Below, in pieces: positions 50,991 through 64,000 of a stretch of DNA of 64,000 bases. A program made the translations under genes and the position numbers. The notes under the pieces are model-generated. The model ran no database searches. It was not told the DNA's origin and saw only the letters and a program-made list of their open reading frames with translations. The stretch spans positions 271,198 to 335,197 of the forward strand of contig NMRA01000293.1 of the NCBI GenBank assembly GCA_002633005.1, given 5' to 3'. This stretch comes from Phoronis australis. Its lineage: Eukaryota; Animalia; Phoronida. The stretch's first letter is position 1. Each line of letters opens with the position of its first letter.

Positions 50991-53900
50991 AGGCCTCTTC
51001 TGACCTCTTGCGATAATGAGTTTGAAGTTAGCCACGTCAAGTTTGGTTTCCTCACAGCAGATAATTATACATACTTGGAGTCAAAAATATTGCCCATAGA
51101 GTCAATTCAGCAGACATGCATCACACTCATCTAATGATGGTAAGACATCATATGTTTACAAGAAACTTTGTCAAATTTTATAAAATTGCATCAAGCGAAG
51201 ATGCAGAGGCAACACACGTTAATAAAATTGACAATAAGGGGCACGTCATCTTTATAAAAACACATCTGCAAACTTTCATGAAAATTCTCCAAGAGATTTT
51301 GGAAATCGAGCAGGGAGCGTGGGATTTCAAAAGTGAAAATTCAGATAAATATAAACCCTAACACGAGAAAAGTGAAATTTTCTCAGTGGTTAAGTTACAT
51401 AGTATCATTGAACATGTCAAACACCAAGGAAATTATATTGTATTTCAGAGTGAATTGCAAGTTAATTTGCCACATCCTGGATCATAGTTCTGAGCCTATT
51501 GCAAATCATCTTTCCATTTTTGCAAATCGAGATCCTTCGAAGTACATAAGGCTGTTTATTGTCTTTTGGCTAAAAATCAGTCTGCGGATGCAACATGTAT
51601 TGTTTGGAACAAATAAGGTAAATTGTGTGTGTGAACAGAAAGTTATCTTGTTATAACAACTTGAATATTTGTTACTGTAACTGACATCGGTTTATAAAGA
51701 GTGTTTAGTGATTGTGTAGGAGTGCAAGTAAATGTACATTTCACAAGAGACCCCAATAACAATCCAAAATTGTTCCCGAAACTGTCTAATTACGACAGAT
51801 TCACCGTCTCAGGAAGAAGTTAAAAGAAGACAATCATATTAAAATAATTTATTTTCGATAAACAAAAAGTACAATAAATTACAGACTGTAATTATCAGGT
51901 TGTAATTATCAGGTAAAAGTACACGACTACATTCCGCAAGTAAATCTTGACGCGAACTCTTTTGTCTTGCACAGCGCTGAACGTGGACCCAAAGCCATTT
52001 CAACATAATTCTGCAGAATTATAGGAACAAATTCTATCCTCAATAGATGGCATTGTGTGATGACAACCTTGAAGCAGTTGGAGGAGTTGAATCTCATCAG
52101 CCATTTACACGACGAGATACTACTCTCCACTGCACCAAGGCATCAGTTTGTGAAGCCGGTTGAAACTGCATCAGCATATGAAGGATACCATCAAATCTCA
52201 CCAATCTTGGACAAAATAATTGACAAATTGCCCTTTTTTGTCATTGAAAGGCATTTACCTTTCCAAAATATTGTCCAATGATTGCTGTAGTCCCGAACTT
52301 GAACTTGCAGAAGTATTGATTTGGTGCTACATGTCCTTCATGGAAAAATGAGAAAACAAAATTTGTCGACCCAATTATCAATTGTGTTCTAAATTGATGG
52401 CATTTTCCATAATAGAACTCCGTTCTCGACCAACATTGTTCGACATTCCAATGCACCAAGACTTTCAATTTACAAAAAGCCCCCCCCCCCCGCAATAAAT
52501 GATCAGTGTATGAAGGATTACTGTACTGAGGCATCAGTACCCAATTTATGATTACAGTTCAGTGTATCAAGACATTACTTCGCCAAGCATGACCGTTCGA
52601 TAAAAGAAACATCCAGTTATGATCACTGATCACACGTCTTAAACAAGATAAGAATGGAAGCATAACCTCAGAACTCAGTTACTAGGAGATAAAACCAAGG
52701 ACAAATTTACAAGTTCACAATGAACATGTTTATGCCGTTCCTCAAAGCAAGATATTAGGAAGGTCGGAAACTAGAATTGACCAAAAATTTTATAAAATCT
52801 AGCAACATTCAACCACTTAAAAATTTCTGAAAGTTGACCACAGGCAACAGGAGTCTGCAAAGAACATCAAGGCATCAATGCCCATACTCCACCAGGACAC
52901 AACAGTACCAAATTCAACACTGCAATGTAAAAGCAGTCACATGTGCAACACTGGGAGTGGGGTGCAGAGATAACCCAGTTCCAGTTGACCAATCATCAAC
53001 TACTCCAGTCACTTACAGACCATGTGACACTTAACTGTCCTATCAGACAAGGAACTCAAAGGGCATCAGCTGAACAACTTGACAAATTTGCTAAGTGAAA
53101 CTGCATTAAATTGGATATTCTTCCACAAAGCATTTTATCATGCCTGATCCATTTAAAACTGGTTTGAAACTAGAAATAGAACGCGAGTGCACTTCCTTAG
53201 TTTGAATAGCAAAACTCCAGACTTCTTCAGGGTTACTTTTTGCTTTTCACCTAGATATAAATCCCACGGCAGAAGTGTCATTGCTTTAACTTAGACCAGT
53301 TGTTTAGTCTAAAGCTGAATGTTAATCACCATGACCAAATATCAGAGCAGGCATCTCACCCAGGGTAGAGTTGTCAGTTTTACCAACTTCATGATAACAT
53401 TTAGCAGGGTTTCTAGGTCACCAGGGAAGTTACACTGGAGTGTAGACTAAATGCCATGAGAACATACCAGTAGTTGATCAGCTGATGTTTTTCACTGAAG
53501 AATGTTTCTCAACAATAAAATATAATTGATGGTGGAGCAGTAATCACAAACTTAGGAATATTTTGACTAAATGAATCTGTGGCTTTATCATCATACCATT
53601 AATCACCTTCTCATGAAAAGGACCAATAATCTTTGTTGCCTCTTTTGTAGTTCTAACCTCCTTTGGACTTGCAAGTTTAATAATTACCAACCTTTACATT
53701 CACTAAGCCACGCCCATTAAGACAATCAGCTGCCAATCACACTAATTGAGCACTGTCAGTTAATCAGACCAGTCCAGGGGTCTGTGGACTTATCACCATT
53801 ATCTCACGCCATACCTGTGATCCCAGGATGAGTAGATACCAACCTGCACTGTTCACAGTGATAAACCAGCCAATGGAAAGCCAACAGGTGCCAGCAGCCA

Positions 53901-54171
53901 TGTTGGAATTGAACGTGAATAATTTCAGATCATGTGCTTTTTGAAGAAAACTTAACATAATCCCACAAGACATGTAAGGTTGGTTAAGAAACTTAGGCAT
54001 TGCAATAACCAAATGAAATTGACAACTACTCCATCATAAACAAACAAACAATGACATTAAAAAAATCAACAAAAAGACTATGATATGAAAATTCACAACT
54101 AACAAAACCATTTTAAACTCCAGTAGCCATCCTATCACTGCATCGACTGACCCATGACCAGATGACCAAAT

Positions 54172-54184
54172 TGACCTTTGACCT
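54172..54184. promoter_or_regulatory. Perfect nuclear-receptor DR1 motif (TGACCTtTGACCT)
   Basis: Exact consensus, with two extra TGACC half-sites immediately upstream; function unproven. Confidence 0.3.
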
Positions 54185-57100
54185 GTGATACGCCCCCTGC
54201 ATGCCTGGTGAACCTAGGCAAATGTCAACCAGAATGAAATATGCCAGATACAAGATACAACTGGCCATCACCACTGACCACAAACTGTACTTTGAATTGT
54301 GAATCAGCTGAATGACATAGGCTTATTTGCTTCCAACTGACAAAGCAGCCTAGTGATGATAAGGAAATTGACAATACAATGAAGTCTCATGCAGCTTGAA
54401 CACATTTAGCTAGTTGACAAACAGACAATATATAAAAGGCCAAGAGCCCAATGCATTCAAACTGACTCATCTGTTACAACCATCTGACCCAATACCTACA
54501 ACAATAGCCAGCCAATGTGGTTTCAGATTCCACATTTTTCCCAGGGGGACACTAGCTTCACTCAGCTTCCTCAAATCACAAATGGGCTCCGCAATGTGCC
54601 AAATTAAACAAGATAGACCTTTAGATTTAACACGCTAACTACACGACTCTTGAGGGCAGAATCTGACGAAACAACATCCACAAGCCTTAAATTGTGTGAC
54701 GGATCACACAGAAAACCAGACTTCCCTGCAATGTCAAGTGCCATGCAAATATTTGCACAGGGTTGCAGTAGATTCATTTGAAGTCATCCTGCAATGAAAA
54801 CACTATCTACACTGACCAGGAATTTGATAAATACATGCTCAAAGTATTTTATCAGCAACCTATTCTACGAGGCAGGAAGCATGCATTTTAGAGAAGGCAG
54901 ATAAGAGATCAATGCTTAACAGCATCAGTAGCAATATCCCTATAACTATCAGAATTAACATATGAATTCAAACGCAATGAAAACGTAGAAACTAACATCC
55001 AAATTTTACATATAGGAAAATCAACTTGAGGCAAGATCCGCAAATATCTATTCAGCAAATTCCTTAAAAGAAAAGAAATTGAAAGTACATGGGAAATCAT
55101 CAGGCTGAGTTATGTGTCACGACCTATATGGAATTCCTGGTGTGCTGTCATGGAGATGTTTGATCAGCCCATCCTGCCAGTGTCTTATCTTCGTTTGCCA
55201 CATTGTGACAGTCACATGAGTATGAGATCACTAAAATGATAAGTCATCTCTGCCATCAGAAAACCTTCAAGCAAACTGCCATGTCCCGACACTTCTGCAA
55301 TGACAGCAAATGAACAACTCTAACCAGAAAACTAACCATTGCTCCACAGGAGATCTAAGTTTAGGTCAGCCCTCAAACCAGAGCATAATGCAGAAATCTA
55401 AGGACTATAAATAACAGCCCAGTGGGCACTGTGCAAACTATGAAGCTGACAGACATTCAGTGCAGATGACAGACAATAAAGAAGCAACCCTGAAAACCTA
55501 ATCCTGAGACAAAATACACACAGAGTCTCAGCTTAAACAAACAGTCCCAAGAATCATGCTCACACTAAGAGTCTAGTGTCTCACTCAACAACTGATCCAT
55601 GACACTATGCATACCTAGAATCAAGAGCAACAGGTTGGAGCCAGGAAGGAAACACACATGTCCACCCCTTTGCTTGAAACTGAAAATGTCTCCTGATCCC
55701 TGCTAAGTTCAATCTCTGAGTTTCAGCCTTGGTGAAGACACGCCCCCTTGCAACAGACTGCGGCAACGATAGGTCATAAATTGCCAGTTAGTCACAGTGT
55801 TGACCAATCCTGCAGCAGGTCATCAACAGGGACTGTCTATCTAAATGACATGTCAGTTAATATATGGTCAAACCAGACATTCTTTTGATGGCTCTTATGC
55901 CAGACCCTTGCTGGTCCAACCATGTAACCTATTACACACCCCCTTCAAGTGGTCTAAACCAGAAACAAAGCCTCATGCAGAATCAATTCAAACAACCATG
56001 AAAAATATTCATAGAAATCAGTCAAAAATCAGAGGGAAAACTGTTGATTTACTTGGAACATGACAATTAATATCATTTGATGATTTAATTAACTGCCTTC
56101 CAACATTCCCGAATTCCAGAGGAGACCAACAGATTTAAAACAGGTGTCAGTCTACTGAAGCTAATTTCCAATTCAGTAAATCAACTGCACAAGGTCATTA
56201 ATAATGTATACAACAACCAGCTATCAGCTAACTGAACAATCAAGCTGTTCAGGCCCAGAAAGGCACTAGCCAGAGGCTTCAATATAAACATGAATAAGCA
56301 GTGTGGACACCACCACAGGCAAACTGAGAAGCAAGAGCGAACACCTTAATGTGACAGGTGATCTCAGGTGAGCTGGAAGAGTTAGATCTGGCAGGCTACA
56401 AAACAGGTGTCATGACCTAAGCTTCCAGCTTTGCGGAGATCACGGTATTGAAAATTTGCTACGGTCAAGTACACCACTAAAGTTCCCGACATAGAAAATG
56501 AAAGCCTCAACCCAAGAACTCAACAGAATGACAATAGAAGTACAACTGAACATAACAAAAAAAGCCCAAATGTTGAGTAATACTTAGGATCCTGACACGC
56601 ATGATGCGAGATTTTCTTCAATGGGTGTGTACTGTCAGCTGCCCCTGGAGTCACGTGGACTGTAAGAGCACAAGAGGGTCCCTTGCATCGACGGGTGCAC
56701 GCATGACTCAGTGATACTAGTTAGGCACTGGGGGGTCATTTGTACCTGGAAGGAACTGGCTCAGTCCAACATTCACAGGGGGTGATGACAATGACCTTGT
56801 AACTCGACTGTCCAATTTCCAAACACAGGTGTGTGTTGTGTGTTCATGTTCGTGTGTGACATATGAAGCCCCTACCTTACACTAGTTGGGATGAAACAGC
56901 CTGCAGGATCACCATTGTGGCTATGACCTAGAAATCTTGGTTACCATGTAGGAGGAGTACAGTAAATAAACAAATGCCATGTGAAGACTGTAAACCACAA
57001 CCCAATCAAGGCTGTCAATGCCAGCAATCTTTTCAAAATGTGTCTCTATGGTATAGAACATGAATGTGGCGAGCATTAATTCTCTGCAATCAATCTTTTA

Positions 57101-58221
57101 TAATAAAAATGAGAAAATAAATTTCCCTAGTCTGTCATGCTGTGCCCTAAATTGGATATATCTTACTGAGGGTAAATAGTGTAATGGGTTAATGATTCAA
57201 AAGACATTAAACTTAAACTGTGTTTATATTACACAAAATGATGTAATATGTAAGAATTAAGTATTTTAATTATGCCAATTTATGTTCATTATAATTTTTA
57301 AAAATCAAAAATTTCATGCCAAGAGTAACTTAACATATCTTTATTTGTAATTATTACTGATCATTTTATGCATTTGAATTTCAAGCAATTTTTATTTCCA
57401 TATGAAAAAAACTGAATATTCTTATTATTATCCCCCAATAACGGTAGCCATCAATAACTTATGAACATTAAATGTAATATTGCAAGTTATGAATGACAGA
57501 CAATCATGAGACTACACCTGGCCTTCCACACCCAGTGGCTGTCACAAATGAACTGTCCCAAAGATTACAAGCAACAGGTAAGCTGAGAGGTCCAAAGTTT
57601 ACCAGGCTAAAGGGAGTGCTGGCTGATAAAGAGGCATTATCTTTGATAAATTACTGGTCCCATATCTAGAAATGGACCAGATAAGATTGGCACCACAGTG
57701 CCCTACAGGTGTTGGGGGAATGTGGTTTCATGGCATTAGGAAGTGCGTGAATGGAGGTGTAGTTGGCCAAATTGGTCTAGACTGGCAAATAAATTGTGCA
57801 AAAATCTAGAATGACTGAATTAAAACAAGACTGTTAAAACAACCATATCAGATGATCTGCCAAAAAACTACATCTAATTAAACAATATTTTGGTTTATTG
57901 ATGGCAAAGATCTTACCAGTACATCAATAAGGAAAATATTTAAAATCAAACAGAAAGAGTTCTAAACAAACATAAGACGGAGAAAAAAAGTTGCTAAAAA
58001 GTTATTTTCATTTTTACTACAATATTTAAAAATGCAATAAGCAAGATGTATGTACATTCAGATGACATTGAGCTACAACTACAAGTCAGAATTCAAGCCT
58101 CAAATTCAAACAGACTGTAGCAAACGCGTTACTACACCTCATGGGGTTCTGCAAGTACTTCCTCAGTTTACCAGTGTCTATCCGCAAGGCTCTGACAGCA
58201 ATAGTACTGTTTACAATACAA

Positions 58222-58562
58222 AAGTTGACACGGATCAGTTGACACGGAACGAGATGTTGTGGCGCACGTATGTGTGTAAACGGGACTGATCTGGAGCAAA
58301 TTGACACCGCGGCGACAACTTTTGCCACCCGTTTGTGAGGTAGAGCAATTTGCGCTCGACCATCTTGCTCCGTGTCAATTATATGTCTAAACGCGAACCT
58401 GTGTAATGAACTACATACGGGTTCTGTCTCTACAACTCTCACCATTTGTAAACCTGCGCATGTGCATTCCACTCTCCAGCCAACAACTTCCTCTTACCAC
58501 AGTTAGTGATTTGTGTGTGTAAACGGCCCGCGTGACACCGATCAATTTGCTCCAAATCAGTT
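58222..58562. mobile_element. Fold-back / Harbinger-MITE-like remnant
   Basis: actgatctggagcaaattga is inverted as tcaatttgctccaaatcagt; ttgacacggaacgagatg is inverted as catcttgctccgtgtcaa; tgtgtgtaaacgg occurs twice. Confidence 0.5.
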
Positions 58563-61500
58563 GTTCATGGCCAAATGTTAATGTCTAAACTGGACAAATG
58601 AGCCTGCACAAGGACAGTAATTAACACTTGCCAAGCTACTATCAAAGTTATTGCTCCATAAAGTAGATATAAGGTTATGAATGTCAGGCTAACAATTAAT
58701 CAGAGTACAACGATGGCAATTGTTGGGCTACTAACTGTGACTCGACCATGATTTACTATGTAGAAGGGGATCTGTTATCGCATAATAGGATTTTGTTGCA
58801 TTGTAACACGTTACATACAGACTTAAATTTTGTCCAAGTCACAGAAACCTCCATTTTTATTAGTATCTAATATTATTGATAAAAATTAAATTCCATTTTC
58901 ATGATATTGCTACACTGCAACAAAACCTAAGAAAAGCGTGGTTTTCACTGAAGCTAGGAGCAAAATTGTTCCTTTTAGCAGTGTCTACAAACTAGGGCAA
59001 GCTGACATAGCCTACTTAACAGTGAAGTCAACAATCACAGTAAACTGATATAAAAAACACTGAATTTGTTAAGTCACCGTAACATCCACAACAAATCTGG
59101 AGTTTGTCATTTCATATTTGCAACCATCACCTTTACTCGGACCCCTATCCAAATCTACAAATTATCATCCAATAAACATTTTAAGTAAAATTGCAACTAT
59201 TGTAGAATCCCCCAATCTCAAAGACATTGATAACTTCTTATCACTACTGTCATTAATTAAGTTGATAAGGTGCTAATCTCAGAGGACAGTTTGCCCTGGA
59301 TCCTGGATAGATAAATTACAACTTTATCAAATACTAGGTTCGCATGAGTGGCAAAACCACTAGCAGTTTCAGTGACAAAAACACTAGCTATCTACGAAAG
59401 GTCATTTTCGCCAGCAGTTAGTTTGTTTACAAACCACCCATGTCACTTTTCAGCCAAAATCCAGTCATGTAAAAACAGGTTCACTCTCTGCCTCAAATTA
59501 ACTAAAATCTCTTGCCCCTGTGCATCTATGTCCTCTGATGAAAGAGGTCTGGCTATAAATGTGATAGTGAAAACGCCACCAGTTATGCGACAACTCAAAC
59601 TACCAACAAAGCACTATCAAAAGTGACACTCGTAACAGTTCACGTGACCGGCATTTTACTACTAGCAGAAACGCTAGTGAAAATACTAGTGCCTTAGCCA
59701 GTTTGTGAATGGTGTAAGAGTTACCCATGAACTCTGGAATATCAACAATGTTAGCTCAACACTCAACAACGATCCACAGGACAGAAGAGTGCGCAAAACG
59801 CAGGATGAATACTGCTGTCTGAAACATAAAACTTGCCCCAGAATTTCAACAGATTTTTTCTTGGGTCAAAATTGTATGTGAGAAGCTTTTCAGTAGAGTT
59901 CCTTACAGTTTGTTTTGCAGACTCAGGTCTCCATTGTTGATAAGTCCAGCATCTTTGTACACATTGCTTATAGTAGACAGATAACTAACTATCTTATCAA
60001 CTTTGCCAGGTAATCAATGTCTTAAAAGGGTAGGTGATTTCAGAACTGGTTGTAATTAAATCAGTTTTAGATTAAACGATATTGCACAACAGGGGGAAGA
60101 AAAATAACAAGACAATGTTATATTATTGAATCATAAATGAAATACAGGCACGAAAAGTGAAAAATAATCCGGTTAGAATAAAGGTTTTGAAACTTAATAA
60201 AATGTACCTTTGTGTAGCTTCAATTTGTAATATTAGCTGGCAGATCAAGATGCAGTTAGCCATTTTCAATTAATTTGTACAAAAACGTCACTCAAATATT
60301 TTGAAAGTAAGAACAAATACAGCATTAGAGCACTCTTTCTAGTCAACTTATTCATAACTAAACTGAGATACTTCCGGTCATGTACTAAATGCATATACCA
60401 AATGCAATCAAACAAAATCAACTATGGCACAATTTGCCATTTACCAACATCCTCAACAAGTGAAACTTTGAGCCATTACTTTGCTTCCCATCAGACTTTC
60501 AACGCTTATCACTAAGCTAACACCAGCACAGCCCCTTGAGAGCTGGTGGTGGAGATAAGACTGTAATATTAGCTGACTGATCAAGATGCAGTTAGCTGAG
60601 CCAGTTGAACTTTACACAGTACTTCAGCCCAACCTTTATACTGCTCACAACTCCAACCCTTGACCTTGGCTAATTCAGTTTACAGCATGCAAGGATGACT
60701 ATCAGGCCAGGGGGAGGTGTCATGGGACACTGAACAAATATGTAGCCTTTTGAGGATTAGTCTGTTTAGTCCACTTTATGAAAGTTATTCCTTTATATTA
60801 AACATCATCACTAGATGCAGTTATTGCATTTCATTAAAAACTTGTGTCCACTGACCACTAGTGCCACTTGTGAAATCACCCACAGCAGCATAAGACTACA
60901 TTAAATTATCAACTGTTGTGTACAAGTATTCCATCATTTATTGAATGACTTGCAATCTATAAAGCAGACTATTTGCTGTTCTGCTTAACAGAGACCATAC
61001 TTAATCTTGTACAACTAAATTCAAGGAAGAAAGGATGTGACAAGAAGCCATTTTCTTAGTCTACAGACCCCATTCATTAATAACTCTAGCAGACTAACTG
61101 TAAAACATTGACCAGTGATCCTGAACCAGTGAAACCATAAACAATGCCTGTGCAGCTTAAAATGTACATGTACTGAAACAGCTGTAAAACCACATTCCAG
61201 GTCCTGGAGTCAACTGTTGATTCTGACCACTTCCCACCACAGAATTAGTGTCATCTACTTGTTCCTTAACTGGGACTGAGAAGTTATTTATGGTGTTGTA
61301 GAGAACAGATAGTTACTTATTTTTGAGACCATGTTCAGGCATAAAATGTGTCAACTTGTATAGCTTGATCTCGTGCAATAAACAACTGTCAGACATGACT
61401 AAGAAATAGTAAAAGATCAAGATGATAACAGTAAGTGATCAGAATCAAAAGTTGCTTTTGTGACAGAAGGCAGGTTTATTGTAACAACTGAAAGTAACAC

Positions 61501-64000
61501 CACCACAGAAAAGACAGAAAATCTGTTTTTAAAAATTGCACAGTAAGTTTATTTCAGCCATATACAGGGAGTTACTGACAGTGTACCCACAGTCTAGACA
61601 TTACTGGTGGTCATTGAAGCCAATAGCTAACTCTGGATTGGCTGGCCAACCAATGGAATTCTACTCTTTTATGTGACGTAAAAATAAATTGTTTCTCTCT
61701 CTCTCCCTGCCGTCCCGTTCGCACACAATCTACCCTAGACTAGAACAACTTGCACTAAAGTAACTTAACCCACCTTGAAGTGAAACGTCCATACATGTAC
61801 ATGCGATAACTAGGGTAAGGCGGAAGTCGCTCTGTGCATGGCAATCAACGCCTAATGCGAGTACGGCATGCAAAAAGAAAACCTGTCTGTATGTAACCAC
61901 AGCTGAAAATTACTTCTGGCCTAACCCACTTCTGCGGCCACACAGCGATTACAAGTGGCACAAGTTACCCAAGAATAAAAGTTACCACACTTCAGTGGAA
62001 TAAGTTTAGTGGCACTAGTTTAAAAAGCATCCAGACAACTAGCACTCAAACCTAGAGACAACTCGCTCCAGGAGTAACTTGTTCCAGGTTAAGTCTGCAT
62101 GTGGACGACACTTAACTCGTATTCAAATGTATTTCCCATTGTCACTACAACAACAACAGCACACAATTTCTTCAAGTTTGCAGACAGTTTTGACCAATAC
62201 ATATTTGAACCAAGCGCTGCCAATACTGAAACAGCATTAACAAACTAAACCTCCCACAGGAATTTTTCACACCTATCTCAAAATACCTTAGATAATATAC
62301 TATTTCACATGCACTGGGCAGGGCTTTGTAGTCTGAGAATCAAAAAATAAAACACAATCCATTTTGAGATTGACTTCAACTGAAACAGAATAGCAGTTGT
62401 ATTGCTAAAAATAGACCCTGCATAAATTCTAATGGTCACAAAGGTCAGAATGCATTTGGAGATTGAAGGTTAAAGGTGACAGTTTGAACATGAAGAGTTT
62501 GGACTACAGTAATTATCAAATAGATTTGTAAACATTTGTGGGAACATATCTTGTGATCACTCGGTGCTGCTTATCAAATGTCAAAACATGTGACACCTAC
62601 CATGCATGGTCACAAACTGGCTAAGATTGATGCTTGAATTTTCCCTATCACTAACATAAGCAGTCCGTAATGCCAACTATTTCAATGGTCACTTTTGCTA
62701 CCACTTTACAACCGTCCAGTCACCCAAAACCTGCTGGTGTTTTCGCTAGCACAAACTTTTGAAGCCAGACAGCTTACTTTAAAGGACACACATGCGCAGA
62801 CACCTTTGTTTATTGTTGCGCCAATTTTGTTTCGCAAGAAGTAAATGTGCTTTAACATGTAACGTTTAAAAGTGAATAAATTGCAGGTGACAAAAACTGC
62901 TGGCAAAATTACACCTTCACAGACACTGTGAAAAAAATGCAAGCAATTTAGCCACTCAAGTCCTGAAAACTAAATATGGGTTCAGCAAGATTTTTCTCCA
63001 GTGCTCAACCAATGATCTAAACCGTAAGCATTTGTTAATAATTTTGATTTAAAATCTTCATCATAGAGTGGTTCAAGTTGTCTTATTGAGGTCAGAACAG
63101 AAGCACTGTGGATCATGTCTAGATTGCACAAAGTAACAATTAATAAGAGCAAATAACATCAAAGACACCTGTTCCCTCCAGCCACCAAAAGTCTGACACC
63201 GGATTCTTAAACAATCACAGAATCAGAGATTTGAAGAAGTAAATAACTACAAACCAGCACTGCAATTATAGTACTGACAAATTTCTCCAAACAGATAAAG
63301 CTTATGTGTTCATTTATTTCACCCTTCTAGTTCCCCTTATCTAACCAGTTTTAGTTTGCTTTTTTCCCACTTGAAATTTTGATCGTCATATTTCAAGTTT
63401 ATACGCTCTAACAGAAACATAATACACTGTGATATTTCACTATCGCTTGATGTTATTACTTAATTCACAAGTTTCAAATTCAGTATCAACTGAGGTAACA
63501 AATCCACATCCGGCATGAAATAAAAATGCTCAAGTATTTCAGCCCATATACTAAACACAACACTCGTGAAGTAGAACCTGCCAAAGCCAAACATTCTGGT
63601 CATCCCAGGTAAGAAAGTACACAGGCAAGATTATGGAAGGTCAGATGCACCACACTGGCCTCTAACTAAGGGACACGGAGAGAAGCAAGGATCAGAACCA
63701 ATCAACAGGTGGCAACAGAAATGAGGTTGATATTTTCAAAGGCACGATGTTAAGGTCATAATTTCACACACCTGTTTGAGGTTCAAGGGAAAACTCCTTC
63801 CAACAAAAAAATTTATCATACACACAACAGCACACCAGTCTATTTAAAAAACATAAAACCTATCAATAAAAAGATGTTGCATGTCTCTCTATTTTTAGAT
63901 GACGGGATTAAAAATACTTGACCTCATTTCCATGTGTGCAAGTGAGTTTAGATCATTTTGATAGATGTGTTTCACATGCTCACTAGTGCTTTATGCTGAA

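Noticed and set aside
51900-55100. Possible decayed retrotransposon or viral coding sequence
   Set aside because: I could not find RT, RNase H, integrase or capsid motifs, or LTRs, in the stretches I translated.
58086-58472. 128-aa minus-strand ORF
   Set aside because: It overlaps fold-back repeat sequence and has no splice or homology support.
60227-60597. Short direct repeat gtaatattagctg...gatcaagatgcagttagc, two copies ~335 bp apart
   Set aside because: Only ~35 bp, with no LTR or TIR features between the copies; significance unsupported.

Overview
Intron-rich eukaryotic (metazoan, probably marine invertebrate) genomic DNA; no prokaryotic features and no CRISPR. Positions 82-39644 carry 37 minus-strand coding exons of an SZT2 orthologue (KICSTOR scaffold, mTORC1 regulation). 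I joined these by hand with consistent splice phases into one open frame of 7488 nt (~2496 aa). The gene's 3' end runs off the left edge, and the next upstream exon was not found in 39645-64000. The introns are full of relic mobile DNA: a THAP-pseudogene-bearing Kolobok-like element with ~310 bp TIRs, a pogo/Tc2-like element, a Harbinger-like element nested in a Helentron-associated (HINE/DINE-like) repeat, further HINE copies, a Penelope-like GIY-YIG relic with inverted pLTRs, MITEs and many minisatellites. The most notable observations are two tandem repeats that multiply SZT2 5' splice sites (one making an in-frame, stop-free ladder of donors), a required GC-AG intron, a candidate extra exon, and two N-junction duplications that look like assembly artefacts. 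I found no evidence for a wholly new biological system. All homology calls are from recalled motifs, not database searches.
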